From: a virus
Strand: one strand, 5' to 3'
DNA length: 53,351 bases
UHGV virus genome: UHGV-0304279
Shown: piece by piece, positions 27,588 to 36,169 of the stretch
How positions within the stretch are numbered: position 1 is the first letter of the stretch
Layout: the number at the start of each line of letters is the position of its first letter
Notes under the pieces: model-generated
Databases searched by the model: none
What the model was told of the DNA's origin: nothing
What the model saw: the letters and a program-made list of their open reading frames with translations, nothing else
Program-made: the position numbers and the translations under genes

Positions 27588-28309
27588 TGAATTTAGAATC
27601 AATTCTAAAATTCCACTTTCCCAAATCACCGCGATTATCAGACGAAAGCCGGGGAACATCACCTGACGCACTTAATACTACGGATGCGCTTACCGCCGCT
27701 GGTATGGCGCAATCGCGCGTAGCGCTTGGTTACAGCGCTTTTTTGGGGAAGATGGAGCTATCGCAAGCAGAAAAACACAGGGCCGTAGTTTTGCTTACAG
27801 AGCGTTTAAGAGCTATGGCAAAAGATTACGAATACGTCATGGAACTGGAGGAGAGCCAGCGCAATGATTTTATTATTCTTGTTGCCGTTTTCGCGTTTCG
27901 GGATTATTGCCAAAGCGCCGCGACGGAAAAAACTTGTATGGAGTGCGGCGGATATAAATTTACGTTTGACGAATACGGAGAAAAACACCTTTGCAAAAAA
28001 TGCAAGGGGCACGGGAAAGTTCGCAATCATTGTAAACAATGCAAGGGGCGCGGCGAGATACCGGATAAAACAGCCAGCAATGCGGCAGAAATGCCAGTCT
28101 TCAAAACGTGCCGGCACTGTGGCGGGCGCGGGTACTCGCGTTTCCCGGTAGATCTCGTCCGGCAGGCTGTTAACCAGCTTGTTTTCCCGGTAAGCCGATC
28201 AACATGGTGGAAGAAATACAGGGTTTTCTATGAGGACGCCATAGCGGAGCTATTCAAAGAAGAAGCCCGCGCAGAAAGCGAAATCAAGCGAGTGACACGG
28301 GGTGAATAA
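27587..28309 (+). CDS. putative antitermination protein Q-like / DnaJ-type zinc-finger protein
   Basis: Four CxxCxGxG repeats (CMECGGYK, CKKCKGHG, CKQCKGRG, CRHCGGRG); follows the nin/rusA genes where lambdoid Q lies. Confidence 0.45.
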   Translation: MNLESILKFHFPKSPRLSDESRGTSPDALNTTDALTAAGMAQSRVALGYSAFLGKMELSQAEKHRAVVLLTERLRAMAKDYEYVMELEESQRNDFIILVAVFAFRDYCQSAATEKTCMECGGYKFTFDEYGEKHLCKKCKGHGKVRNHCKQCKGRGEIPDKTASNAAEMPVFKTCRHCGGRGYSRFPVDLVRQAVNQLVFPVSRSTWWKKYRVFYEDAIAELFKEEARAESEIKRVTRGE

Positions 28310-28509
28310 TGGATAAGCTGGAAATAAACGATCAGTTCGCTGTTATCTTATTTGAAGACAAAACAGGCGGCGCATGGTGTAAGAAAGTTACTGGTGCGGA
28401 AGCGCGTTTAATATTAGGTATGGCAAGCGCGTTAAATGAAGGCGAATTGCCTGCCATTCCTGTTAAGCCAGTGCATATCTATAAGCGGGGCGATGATGAA
28501 AATAATTAA
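28309..28509 (+). CDS. hypothetical protein
   Basis: Coupled ORF. Confidence 0.4.
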   Translation: MDKLEINDQFAVILFEDKTGGAWCKKVTGAEARLILGMASALNEGELPAIPVKPVHIYKRGDDENN

Positions 28510-28843
28510 TATCGGGTGGTTATATTGCGAAAACTGCTACGAAGACGGCATGGTCGTTAAGACTGAAAAAGGTTGTGGCCTCTTTCTGTATCAAGGCGAT
28601 AAGTTTGTTTGTCCGCGATGCGGTGGTAGTGGTGAGATAGAAATTATTGAAGATAACGCCGCCGCGCCAGAACCAGAGCGCATTGTCCTTGACGAAAAAA
28701 TAAAAATTCATCCTGATTTATTACAGCAAATTATCGATCACGTATCGGCAGCAGCAATCTACAGCAATAACAATTATCAGCGTGAAATTAACGTCAAACG
28801 TGCGATTGAGCAGTATTTCGAGGGTGATGATAATGAAGCCTAA
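28493..28843 (+). CDS. hypothetical protein with zinc-ribbon-like CxxC pairs
   Basis: CENC...CPRC. Confidence 0.4.
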   Translation: MMKIINIGWLYCENCYEDGMVVKTEKGCGLFLYQGDKFVCPRCGGSGEIEIIEDNAAAPEPERIVLDEKIKIHPDLLQQIIDHVSAAAIYSNNNYQREINVKRAIEQYFEGDDNEA

Positions 28844-29105
28844 ATTAAAAGAACATATTTACCGCCAGTTGGTTAACGAGCTTGCGGATATAGCACGATA
28901 TTACGCCGGGACACAACAGCTACGCGGGCGGCTATCTTCGGTTGTTAACCGCTATATTGATGCCGGATGCCATCGCAAAGGTGAAATTACGATGGATGAA
29001 GCCATCAAGCGCCGGACGGCTGAATGGTCAGTTAGTAACACCGGATTGACCGGATACATTGAAGGCTATAACGACTGTTTACAGGATCATAGCGATGGCA
29101 AGTAA
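28833..29105 (+). CDS. hypothetical protein
   Basis: RBS GAGGGTG. Confidence 0.4.
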   Translation: MKPKLKEHIYRQLVNELADIARYYAGTQQLRGRLSSVVNRYIDAGCHRKGEITMDEAIKRRTAEWSVSNTGLTGYIEGYNDCLQDHSDGK

Positions 29106-29403
29106 AGATCTACATTTAAACCTGAAAGGAGAATACTTTTACGCTATCCGGGCGGGAAAGAAGGTGGAGGAATACCGACTTTATAATGACTACTGGCGTA
29201 AACGCCTGGAAGGGCGGGAATATGAACGCCTGATCATTAAGCTGGGCTATCCAGCCAGCCACGAAACACACCGGATCATAAACCTGCCTTATTTCGGGTA
29301 TGAAGTGAAAACTATCACACATCCATTGTTCGGCCCTGATCCTGTAAAGGTATTCGCAATTAAGTGTGATGTGAATTGGATGTTAAGGTGGGGTGAGCAA
29401 TGA
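29095..29403 (+). CDS. hypothetical protein (possible ASCH/PUA-like)
   Basis: ORF; weak resemblance only. Confidence 0.35.
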   Translation: MASKDLHLNLKGEYFYAIRAGKKVEEYRLYNDYWRKRLEGREYERLIIKLGYPASHETHRIINLPYFGYEVKTITHPLFGPDPVKVFAIKCDVNWMLRWGEQ

Positions 29404-29615
29404 AAAAAGCTGGCCTGTCAATTAACCGCGTATTGTGCGGCGACGAAAACGAGATCCGCATAGAAATTAAATTTAGCACAGGTAAAGAGATAATCCTTTA
29501 CACGACACCTGAAAACCTGACGCTGGCACTTACTGGTAAATCTGAAACGCCGTGCGACGTCAGGTTACGCAATATTGAAATCAAGGAATTAAGGAAGGGT
29601 AAAAATGAAAAGTAA
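29400..29615 (+). CDS. hypothetical protein
   Basis: RBS GGTGAG. Confidence 0.4.
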   Translation: MKKAGLSINRVLCGDENEIRIEIKFSTGKEIILYTTPENLTLALTGKSETPCDVRLRNIEIKELRKGKNEK

Positions 29616-29823
29616 CCGTAAACGCCTGGTAAGGGCGTACGATAAAGCATTAAAGGCTTTTGACGACCTGCGACACAATAAGCGACAGCGCCGTAAATGG
29701 GCGCGAATGCTTGTTCATGAATGGCATTATCCTGATGCTGCCTTGATAGAAGGCGCACCGCCATTTACACAGGAACAAGCCGACGAAGTAGCTAACGATA
29801 ACGTTTATTACATGATGTGGTGA
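29605..29823 (+). CDS. hypothetical protein
   Basis: RBS AAGGAAGGG. Confidence 0.4.
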   Translation: MKSNRKRLVRAYDKALKAFDDLRHNKRQRRKWARMLVHEWHYPDAALIEGAPPFTQEQADEVANDNVYYMMW

Positions 29824-29827
29824 CAAT

Positions 29828-30193
29828 ATGCAAATTATCATTGATTACCTTTGCCATATATTCAATACGATTTTCGGCTTTTATCAACAACCATTCCTTA
29901 AAGAGTGGGATGATATGCTAAACGACATCCTCGACAGAGGATTAATAATGGAGGTTGACGATCTTACAATCAAATTTAATTACGAAGGTGAAATTTATCT
30001 AATTTGGGTAGGTAATAGATGGTATTCATACGCGAATCTTTATTCGCTAAATGGAAAACTTATCCCTAGCAGACAAGAATTCCGACCGCGCTTCCGCACA
30101 ATGCGCCGACTACATGACCTGCATATGAATCTATTTGAAGACCAGGAAGCACGGGAACTATTCAAGATCTACGGAGATAAATCATGGAGCTAA
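29828..30193 (+). CDS. hypothetical protein
   Basis: ORF in operon context. Confidence 0.4.
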   Translation: MQIIIDYLCHIFNTIFGFYQQPFLKEWDDMLNDILDRGLIMEVDDLTIKFNYEGEIYLIWVGNRWYSYANLYSLNGKLIPSRQEFRPRFRTMRRLHDLHMNLFEDQEARELFKIYGDKSWS

Positions 30194-30414
30194 AGATCTG
30201 GCAGGCTATCGACGTAGTTGATAATGAATTAACAATGTTTGCCACTGATGGAAAGCGCGTGGTGATCGCTACATGGACGCATAACCATGATGATATTGTT
30301 TTTCGTCGTGAAGCTGCGGAGTGGCTTTTCTCTGATGAAGGCTACACGATGAACATCGCCCAGCTTGCCAGAATGAAGGATGAAAAGCTGGTAGATAGTT
30401 ACACGACTGCATAG
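30184..30414 (+). CDS. hypothetical protein
   Basis: RBS GGAG. Confidence 0.4.
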   Translation: MELKIWQAIDVVDNELTMFATDGKRVVIATWTHNHDDIVFRREAAEWLFSDEGYTMNIAQLARMKDEKLVDSYTTA

Positions 30415-30424
30415 CGGGGTAAAT

Positions 30425-30655
30425 ATGCGTATCTATGAACACAAGCGGGATAAAACCCGCTTTTTTGTTCGTGCTGGCGTAGCGTACCAGTATCACGAAT
30501 GCGGATATATTGAGGCGCTTGCTTACGACCTGGATTTCGAACAAGAAAAGGAATGGTTTGACTTTAAGATTTACCGTAAGCGCAAACCGACGCGCGACGA
30601 GCGCCACGCTATACGTGACTTTCTAATCAGCATTGACCGCTGGGAGGCAGAATAA
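30425..30655 (+). CDS. hypothetical protein
   Basis: ORF in operon context. Confidence 0.4.
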   Translation: MRIYEHKRDKTRFFVRAGVAYQYHECGYIEALAYDLDFEQEKEWFDFKIYRKRKPTRDERHAIRDFLISIDRWEAE

Positions 30656-30948
30656 TGAAAGCGAAGAAAAAGGCAGATCAGAAAGCGTTAGTTATCGCCA
30701 CAACGGACGTATCGTTATTCACGAAGGGCGAAGAAATAGATCTTAAATTGCTTTTCGGTATGTTTGAGCCACACGAAAAGCCGTGGTTTGTTCATGAAGA
30801 CAAACAAGGCAATATGCGCGTTGTAGTGCCGGACAAAAACAGCGACATATTTTTTGCTATTCCAGACCCGTTACATGACGGGGAAATGCTGGCGGTATTG
30901 TTGATTGCTGACGCTGTTACTTACAAGGGAAAGAAATATGAAAGTTAA
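30655..30948 (+). CDS. hypothetical protein
   Basis: RBS GGGAGG. Confidence 0.4.
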   Translation: MKAKKKADQKALVIATTDVSLFTKGEEIDLKLLFGMFEPHEKPWFVHEDKQGNMRVVVPDKNSDIFFAIPDPLHDGEMLAVLLIADAVTYKGKKYES

Positions 30949-31165
30949 ATTCTTGCACGATCACGGCTACCCGTCATTAAAACGCGTAGTAGGGGAAGTG
31001 GTAGACGTTGTTCACTCTGATGATGTGACCTGCGTCATTATGGGTAAAGACCTCATTACTCACGGTGCTGACGATCACTACATTAACCCTGCCTGGTCGT
31101 ATACGTTTAGCCTGGGCGATTTTGTAGGGGATAAGGGGCGCGGACTGCAAGTAGTCGAGGGTTAA
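30938..31165 (+). CDS. hypothetical protein
   Basis: RBS AAGGGAAAG. Confidence 0.4.
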   Translation: MKVKFLHDHGYPSLKRVVGEVVDVVHSDDVTCVIMGKDLITHGADDHYINPAWSYTFSLGDFVGDKGRGLQVVEG

Positions 31166-31169
31166 TATC

Positions 31170-31385
31170 ATGGACGTTTACGAGGATTTATACCTCCAGA
31201 CAAATAGCCGCACTTTTTATTTTCTGAAAAACGGCGTCGTATATCGCAGCGACGACGGGGTGATAATGAAGGAGTGGCTATTTAAGCGTAAAGACCTGCT
31301 TGATGATCTGGTTTTCGCCGGGATATTCCGTAAACATCCGGCTAACCTGGAAGAAGAAATGCTGATCGACGAGGTATTGAAATGA
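31170..31385 (+). CDS. hypothetical protein
   Basis: RBS GAGGG. Confidence 0.4.
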   Translation: MDVYEDLYLQTNSRTFYFLKNGVVYRSDDGVIMKEWLFKRKDLLDDLVFAGIFRKHPANLEEEMLIDEVLK

Positions 31386-31633
31386 AAATGAAAGTTAATT
31401 ATTTCAGGGCGAAAGATAAGGTGACAGGAAAGCGTGTGGCTATCCTGGTTAACGATGCGCAATATATGTTTGTCCTCCAGCCGTGGTGCATGGCTGACTA
31501 TAACGATGATTATCGCCGTCACGCTGCGCGGCGGGCGGTTGGGATGAAAGGTTGGCAACCGCGCGACATGCTTAATTATTGCGACTGGAATCTGATAGCA
31601 AAATACACGGTCGATTATAAAGGGGTTTTCTGA
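31382..31633 (+). CDS. hypothetical protein
   Basis: RBS GAGGT. Confidence 0.4.
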   Translation: MKMKVNYFRAKDKVTGKRVAILVNDAQYMFVLQPWCMADYNDDYRRHAARRAVGMKGWQPRDMLNYCDWNLIAKYTVDYKGVF

Positions 31634-31845
31634 TGCAAGTTAAATGTTCATACTCAAGCAACGACAGCGTTTTCACGATTGGACGTATTTATGACATTCA
31701 CATCGTTTATGGCAACGAAAATCACACAATGAATAACTGCCTTGCCTTGATTGACAATCAAGATGAGATCTGGATATTCAGGCCGAGCTACAGTGGCGGT
31801 GAAATATCCGGCGTGGGTTTTGCTGCCAGCTTTGAACGTTATTAA
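31633..31845 (+). CDS. hypothetical protein
   Basis: RBS AAAGGGG. Confidence 0.4.
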   Translation: MQVKCSYSSNDSVFTIGRIYDIHIVYGNENHTMNNCLALIDNQDEIWIFRPSYSGGEISGVGFAASFERY

Positions 31846-31855
31846 AGGGGTAAGC

Positions 31856-32107
31856 ATGAAACATTTATATTTTGAGGTAGTGCAGACGCGTGACCGCGAT
31901 ATATTCGATGAGGGGAAAGTTTATTGCGGCGTTCAACTCCACGGCGCACCGGGCGGTGAGGCGATGGCGATAACTGGTGATGATGATAAGGTTTATTTTG
32001 CTTATGTCACACGCTTTCCACACACTGACGAGGTTTATTATCGCATCGTGTATGACTTCCAGGGCGTAGCTGTATTTTGTGAACGTGAAGGCAGTAAACC
32101 GGAATAG
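31856..32107 (+). CDS. hypothetical protein
   Basis: RBS AAAGGGG. Confidence 0.4.
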   Translation: MKHLYFEVVQTRDRDIFDEGKVYCGVQLHGAPGGEAMAITGDDDKVYFAYVTRFPHTDEVYYRIVYDFQGVAVFCEREGSKPE

Positions 32108-32116
32108 GTGATGGTT

Positions 32117-32356
32117 ATGAGTCGGAAACATAGATACCAGTGCACATACTCACGATGCAGCGCGTTTTTTAAGAATGGCAAGATCTACGAGGTTGGCGCG
32201 GCACTGGTTGACGCAAAGGATCAGGAATATATTCACGCCATTACTGACGACCAGGGCCAGCTATGGCGATTTTATAAGATGGGGTGTGGCACGGCGCTTG
32301 TTTATGCGCGTGCTGGTGGTGGTGCTTTTGCTGCATTTTCGTATGTGGGGGCGTAA
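32117..32356 (+). CDS. hypothetical protein
   Basis: Start uncertain (GTG 32108, ATG 32111 or ATG 32117). Confidence 0.35.
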   Translation: MSRKHRYQCTYSRCSAFFKNGKIYEVGAALVDAKDQEYIHAITDDQGQLWRFYKMGCGTALVYARAGGGAFAAFSYVGA

Positions 32357-32358
32357 AA

Positions 32359-32577
32359 ATGATTTTAACGTGTAACGAGTCGGAATTAGGTTGTTTTGAG
32401 GAAGGCGCACAGTATACGGCTGAAAAACCGATGGGATTGTCGCCTAAGTTTCCGTTTATCGTCGTGACTGACACTTACGGTCACTTATGGTATGCAGAGC
32501 CGCTATGCGGTATTGGTCGTTATGTTATCCGTAGTTCTGACGGGGCGAAGAAGGTAACTCTTACGGAAGAAACATAA
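32359..32577 (+). CDS. hypothetical protein
   Basis: RBS GGGGG. Confidence 0.4.
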   Translation: MILTCNESELGCFEEGAQYTAEKPMGLSPKFPFIVVTDTYGHLWYAEPLCGIGRYVIRSSDGAKKVTLTEET

Positions 32578-32596
32578 ATGTGATCTACTTCTCAAA

Positions 32597-32640
32597 GTAT
32601 ACAAAATGGCATTGTTCCTGCAGTGCCGTTTTGTTATATA
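32597..32640 (+). promoter_or_regulatory. intergenic motif pair with promoter-like hexamers
   Basis: GTATACAAAATGGC (32597-32610), -35-like TTGTTC, CCGTTTTGTTATATA (32626-32640). Confidence 0.4.
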
Positions 32641-32674
32641 TAAGTCGAGGAAAGACGGAAGGGGAGACAAGAAA

Positions 32675-32950
32675 ATGAAACGCTGGATTAAAAAAGAAGT
32701 TGAATCTCGCTTAAACGCATTTTGGGATATGGTGGAAAAAGAAGACCCCGCGCACGCAGCAAGCCCTTATCTGAACAACATTGAATATCACTACATTGCA
32801 GCAAACAACGCGGAGTTCGAGGAAGAAGGTGGAGCAGACAAGTTCGCCCAAAGCAACGCATTCGATAACGCAAACGAAATGATGATGGCAGTAATCGCAC
32901 AGGCAGAGGAAGACTGGAGCGAAAAAACATTGGAATGGGCGCGCAAATAA
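32675..32950 (+). CDS. hypothetical protein
   Basis: RBS AAGGGGAG; an in-frame upstream ATG at 32606 lies in the motif region. Confidence 0.4.
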   Translation: MKRWIKKEVESRLNAFWDMVEKEDPAHAASPYLNNIEYHYIAANNAEFEEEGGADKFAQSNAFDNANEMMMAVIAQAEEDWSEKTLEWARK

Positions 32951-32961
32951 GAGGTGGATTT

Positions 32962-33102
32962 ATGAACGCTAACGCCAAATATCCTGCATGGGTTTTCGAA
33001 CTGTATGCACGCTACTTCGAATTACTGGCACCAGGTGAAGAAGCATTGAGCATTGACGAATACGCGGAGTGTTTAGGATTTAAAGGAGACGAAGAAGAAT
33101 AA
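32962..33102 (+). CDS. hypothetical small protein (46 aa)
   Basis: RBS GAGGTGG; below the ORF track cutoff. Confidence 0.35.
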   Translation: MNANAKYPAWVFELYARYFELLAPGEEALSIDEYAECLGFKGDEEE

Positions 33103-33145
33103 AACATGGGGCCGGATGGCCCCATTAAATCAGAAGGGTTTAATT

Positions 33146-33430
33146 ATGAAAAGTGCTAAATTTATTGCTTGCTGTTTTGTTGAAGTACCTAACGATGATG
33201 TTTTCTGTAACTACGAATTTAAAGACAGTGCCGGAACTGTTCATACCATAGTAGGCAAGCGTGGTGACTGGTTATATATCACTGATAGAGACAGAATATT
33301 GACGGTTAACCAACTTATTTACATTAAACGTGGTTACGATGATTATGATCTTTTAAACAAAATAGCAAATGATGTTTTTAATAGCAGTTGCGTAGAAACG
33401 GCAAGATCTCTACCTGGTGCGGAGTTTTAA
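33146..33430 (+). CDS. hypothetical protein
   Basis: RBS GAAGGG. Confidence 0.4.
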   Translation: MKSAKFIACCFVEVPNDDVFCNYEFKDSAGTVHTIVGKRGDWLYITDRDRILTVNQLIYIKRGYDDYDLLNKIANDVFNSSCVETARSLPGAEF

Positions 33431-33432
33431 TT

Positions 33433-33687
33433 ATGGAAATAATCAAAATATGGCGCGGCAATAGTAAGGCTGATGGTGAGTTTTGCCGCGTCGTTCAATT
33501 CGTCAATTATGGTAGGTTTTATGAGCTACCTTATGACAAAAGGAAGGATGATTTTTATTTAAGCGAATCAATCCCGGTGCACAGAAAAATGAAGGCGCTT
33601 AGAGGATTATTGCGAAGTGGTTTTTATTCTTGCCCTAACCCATTAAACAATCCTGAACTGGTAGCTGTTTTTTACGAAGGAAAATAA
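33433..33687 (+). CDS. hypothetical protein
   Basis: RBS GGAG. Confidence 0.4.
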   Translation: MEIIKIWRGNSKADGEFCRVVQFVNYGRFYELPYDKRKDDFYLSESIPVHRKMKALRGLLRSGFYSCPNPLNNPELVAVFYEGK

Positions 33688-33690
33688 ACA

Positions 33691-34014
33691 ATGTCTAAAT
33701 TTATCAGCGTTAAAGTTTTCCGTGGCACTATTCCAGAAGGTGAGAAATACGGCCAATTCGGTGGAATGCCAGGTGCATGTTTCCGTGTAGCCACGGAAGA
33801 CGACGACCATGTTAAATGCTTCCATGTATCGGAGCCGCCTTTTAATCCAGAGCATCTTGAAAACCCGAATAAAATTAAAATGTTCGTTTTCGCTTTACTG
33901 ATGCTTAATCCTTTCCCTGATGTTGAAATGGAATTAGTTGGCGCGGAAGTGGTCGCGGAATACAAAATAACCCCGGCAGAAAACGGAGATTCTAAAATTG
34001 AGCGCATCAAATAA
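33691..34014 (+). CDS. hypothetical protein
   Basis: ORF in operon context. Confidence 0.4.
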   Translation: MSKFISVKVFRGTIPEGEKYGQFGGMPGACFRVATEDDDHVKCFHVSEPPFNPEHLENPNKIKMFVFALLMLNPFPDVEMELVGAEVVAEYKITPAENGDSKIERIK

Positions 34015-34252
34015 ACCTTACAAGATCCGGTGCAAAGGTGAATACCCTGGATTCACTACTGGACTCGAATACCTGGGCCATATGGGGTATGGCCCGTTCG
34101 GCGAGTTAGGAATGAATACGATTGACGACGACGGCGACAACAGGACGCTTGATCTTGATAGCGATGATTTCGAATACATCCCGCCAGTCACTTACCGCGC
34201 CGTCGATGAATTCCTGGCAGAACAAGAAGACGAGGAAGATGAAGATGATTGA
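33998..34252 (+). CDS. hypothetical acidic protein
   Basis: Probable TTG start with RBS GGAG; acidic C-terminus. Confidence 0.3.
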   Translation: MSASNKPYKIRCKGEYPGFTTGLEYLGHMGYGPFGELGMNTIDDDGDNRTLDLDSDDFEYIPPVTYRAVDEFLAEQEDEEDEDD

Positions 34253-34448
34253 ATTACTTATCCTTGCGGTAGTTCTCCTTTATCTGGCTGGCGTCATTTT
34301 AATGGGCGCTTTCCAACAAGCGGTAGATAGTGACGGCATTGTTTGGTTTGAGCTAGTTTTCTGGCCTTTCATTACAATATACGCTTTCGCTGATGCTATG
34401 CGTATTAACATCATGCGAGCTATCAAGGAGCACAAAAATGGGAAATAG
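34239..34448 (+). CDS. small membrane protein
   Basis: Two hydrophobic helices; RBS GAGGAAG. Confidence 0.4.
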   Translation: MKMIELLILAVVLLYLAGVILMGAFQQAVDSDGIVWFELVFWPFITIYAFADAMRINIMRAIKEHKNGK

Positions 34449-34602
34449 CGACCATGAATATGACGGCGTTTATCAGTCACTGGCTACACGCGCTTATTAC
34501 CGCCTTGAGGGTGAAAACGTTTTGATGCGCCTGGGTAGTCTTGATAAATGGCATGAGCCGTTTTTTACCCATGACAGCAAAAGAGATTATTACGATGGTT
34601 AA
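34438..34602 (+). CDS. hypothetical protein
   Basis: RBS AAGGAG. Confidence 0.4.
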   Translation: MGNSDHEYDGVYQSLATRAYYRLEGENVLMRLGSLDKWHEPFFTHDSKRDYYDG

Positions 34603-34699
34603 CCACGGATACTGGCGCAAGGTTGGTGATTTGTAACCATAATCGCACATAAAAAACAAATAGATTAAAATATTTCCTAACAATGCGAAATTGTAATTA

Positions 34700-34721
34700 C
34701 CCGGCCACGTGCCGGGTTTTT
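34700..34721 (+). terminator. terminator-like hairpin immediately upstream of the lysis cassette (candidate tR'-like element)
   Basis: CCCGGC-cacgt-GCCGGG followed by TTTTT. Confidence 0.55.
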
Positions 34722-34740
34722 GCTTGTTGGAGGTAAATCT

Positions 34741-34941
34741 ATGTTCGACAAAATACGGGAGGCGTGCGCGTATGCAGTAGGGGCCGTAACGGCCTTTTTC
34801 GGTGCGATAACCATCAATGATGTTGCTGTCTTTGTGGGTATCTTATCAACCGCAGGTACATTTGCCGTTAACTATTACTTCAAATCACAGGAGAACAAGC
34901 GAGCGCAAGAGGAACACGACGCGCGAATGGGGAATAAGTAA
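34741..34941 (+). CDS. holin (small, two TM helices; likely pinholin partner of the SAR endolysin)
   Basis: 66 aa with two hydrophobic helices and a charged C-terminus; RBS GGAGGT; directly upstream of the endolysin. Confidence 0.65.
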   Translation: MFDKIREACAYAVGAVTAFFGAITINDVAVFVGILSTAGTFAVNYYFKSQENKRAQEEHDARMGNK

Positions 34942-35433
34942 ATGATTAGCCAATCGCTGAAGAACAAGATTATTGCTGCGGCGGCTGGTGGGGCGATCGC
35001 TATTGCGGCTGTGATGGTTAAACCATTAGAAGGCGTGGAGTACGATCCGTATCGTGATGTTATCGGTGTATGGACTGTATGTTATGGTCATACCGGAAAA
35101 GACATCATGCTTGGTAAGACTTACACGCAATCAGAATGCGATGCTTTGTTAAATAAAGATCTCCACAAAACCGCAAAAGCGATCGACCCCTATATTAAAG
35201 TCGAAATATCAGATTTTACCCGCGCGGCGCTTTATTCATTCGCCTATAACGTAGGCGCTACCAACTTTAAAACATCAACATTATTGAAGCTACTCAATGA
35301 CGGCAAGAAATCGGAAGCGTGCGCACAGCTTAAACGCTGGATCTATGCTGGTGGTAAGCAGTGGCAAGGGTTAATTAACCGTCGTGATATTGAATATGCC
35401 GTTTGCGAATGGGGTGAAACATGGACAAGGTAA
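34942..35433 (+). CDS. SAR endolysin (T4-lysozyme-like, GH24) with N-terminal signal-anchor-release domain
   Basis: Catalytic-region motifs (EG..YDPY.D..G.WT.CYGHTG) preceded by a Gly/Ala-rich weakly hydrophobic N-terminal helix ([18 protein letters not shown]). Confidence 0.8.
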   Translation: MISQSLKNKIIAAAAGGAIAIAAVMVKPLEGVEYDPYRDVIGVWTVCYGHTGKDIMLGKTYTQSECDALLNKDLHKTAKAIDPYIKVEISDFTRAALYSFAYNVGATNFKTSTLLKLLNDGKKSEACAQLKRWIYAGGKQWQGLINRRDIEYAVCEWGETWTR

Positions 35434-36005
35434 AGGCGTTAGTTATTGCCGTTGTTGTTTGCATTATTGCCGGACTAACTGCCGTTACATGTTATTACCA
35501 GGGTGAGGCGGCAAGGTTACAGGAAGAAGTCACGGTGACGCAAGGCGCACTAAAAACAGCAAGTAACACCATTCAGCAGATGAAGGAGCGAAACGCCGAA
35601 CTGTCAAAACTTGATAAGAGGTATCACGATGAGATTAAAGCTATCAGATCTGACATTGCCGATCTGCGCACTGGCATTGATAGCGGCGCTATCAGGTTGC
35701 ACGTCAACGCCGAGCCAGTGCGATTGCTCGACAATACCGGAGCCGCCAGCCGCATTGATGGAGCCACCTGTAGACTCACTCCCGACGCTGAATCGGCTTA
35801 TCTATCCCTCAGAGAACAACTAAAAGAGAAAGACGCGAAGATCACCGGATTGCAGGACTACATCAAAACGCAGTGCTTACGCAAAGAACAACAGCGCGTG
35901 GACGTGTCGCCGTTTCCGCCAGCCAGCCATAACCGGGCCAATCCTTCCCGCGAGCGACGGCGGAATAGTCAAAAACACGTAATGCCGGAACATCCATCCC
36001 ATTAA
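35421..36005 (+). CDS. i-spanin Rz (with unusually long C-terminal extension)
   Basis: N-terminal TM helix followed by coiled coil; contains the embedded Rz1 frame. Confidence 0.65.
   Translation: MDKVKALVIAVVVCIIAGLTAVTCYYQGEAARLQEEVTVTQGALKTASNTIQQMKERNAELSKLDKRYHDEIKAIRSDIADLRTGIDSGAIRLHVNAEPVRLLDNTGAASRIDGATCRLTPDAESAYLSLREQLKEKDAKITGLQDYIKTQCLRKEQQRVDVSPFPPASHNRANPSRERRRNSQKHVMPEHPSH
35629..35823 (+). CDS. o-spanin Rz1 (lipoprotein, embedded in Rz in the +1 frame)
   Basis: Lipobox LSGC within a signal peptide, Pro-rich mature part; RBS AAGAGG. Confidence 0.65.
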   Translation: MRLKLSDLTLPICALALIAALSGCTSTPSQCDCSTIPEPPAALMEPPVDSLPTLNRLIYPSENN

Positions 36006-36169
36006 CAGGTCCGGCGCTACCTGGGCAGAAGAAAGCGCCATTCTCAAGTTTATAAAATTCTGGAAACGGTACTGATGAAGCGCCGTTCTCAGTGTTTTAT
36101 AGCTGTTTTCACTCCCTGCGGTGTCGAGTTTTGCGGGGGTTATATTTTTCAGGATAGAGGAATATTCTG

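Noticed and set aside
32604-32620. Possible sigma54 -24/-12 promoter (TGGCA-N9-GC) overlapping a motif copy
   Set aside because: The GG/GC spacing fits only this one copy; other copies of the motif do not, so a sigma54 explanation for the motif family fails.
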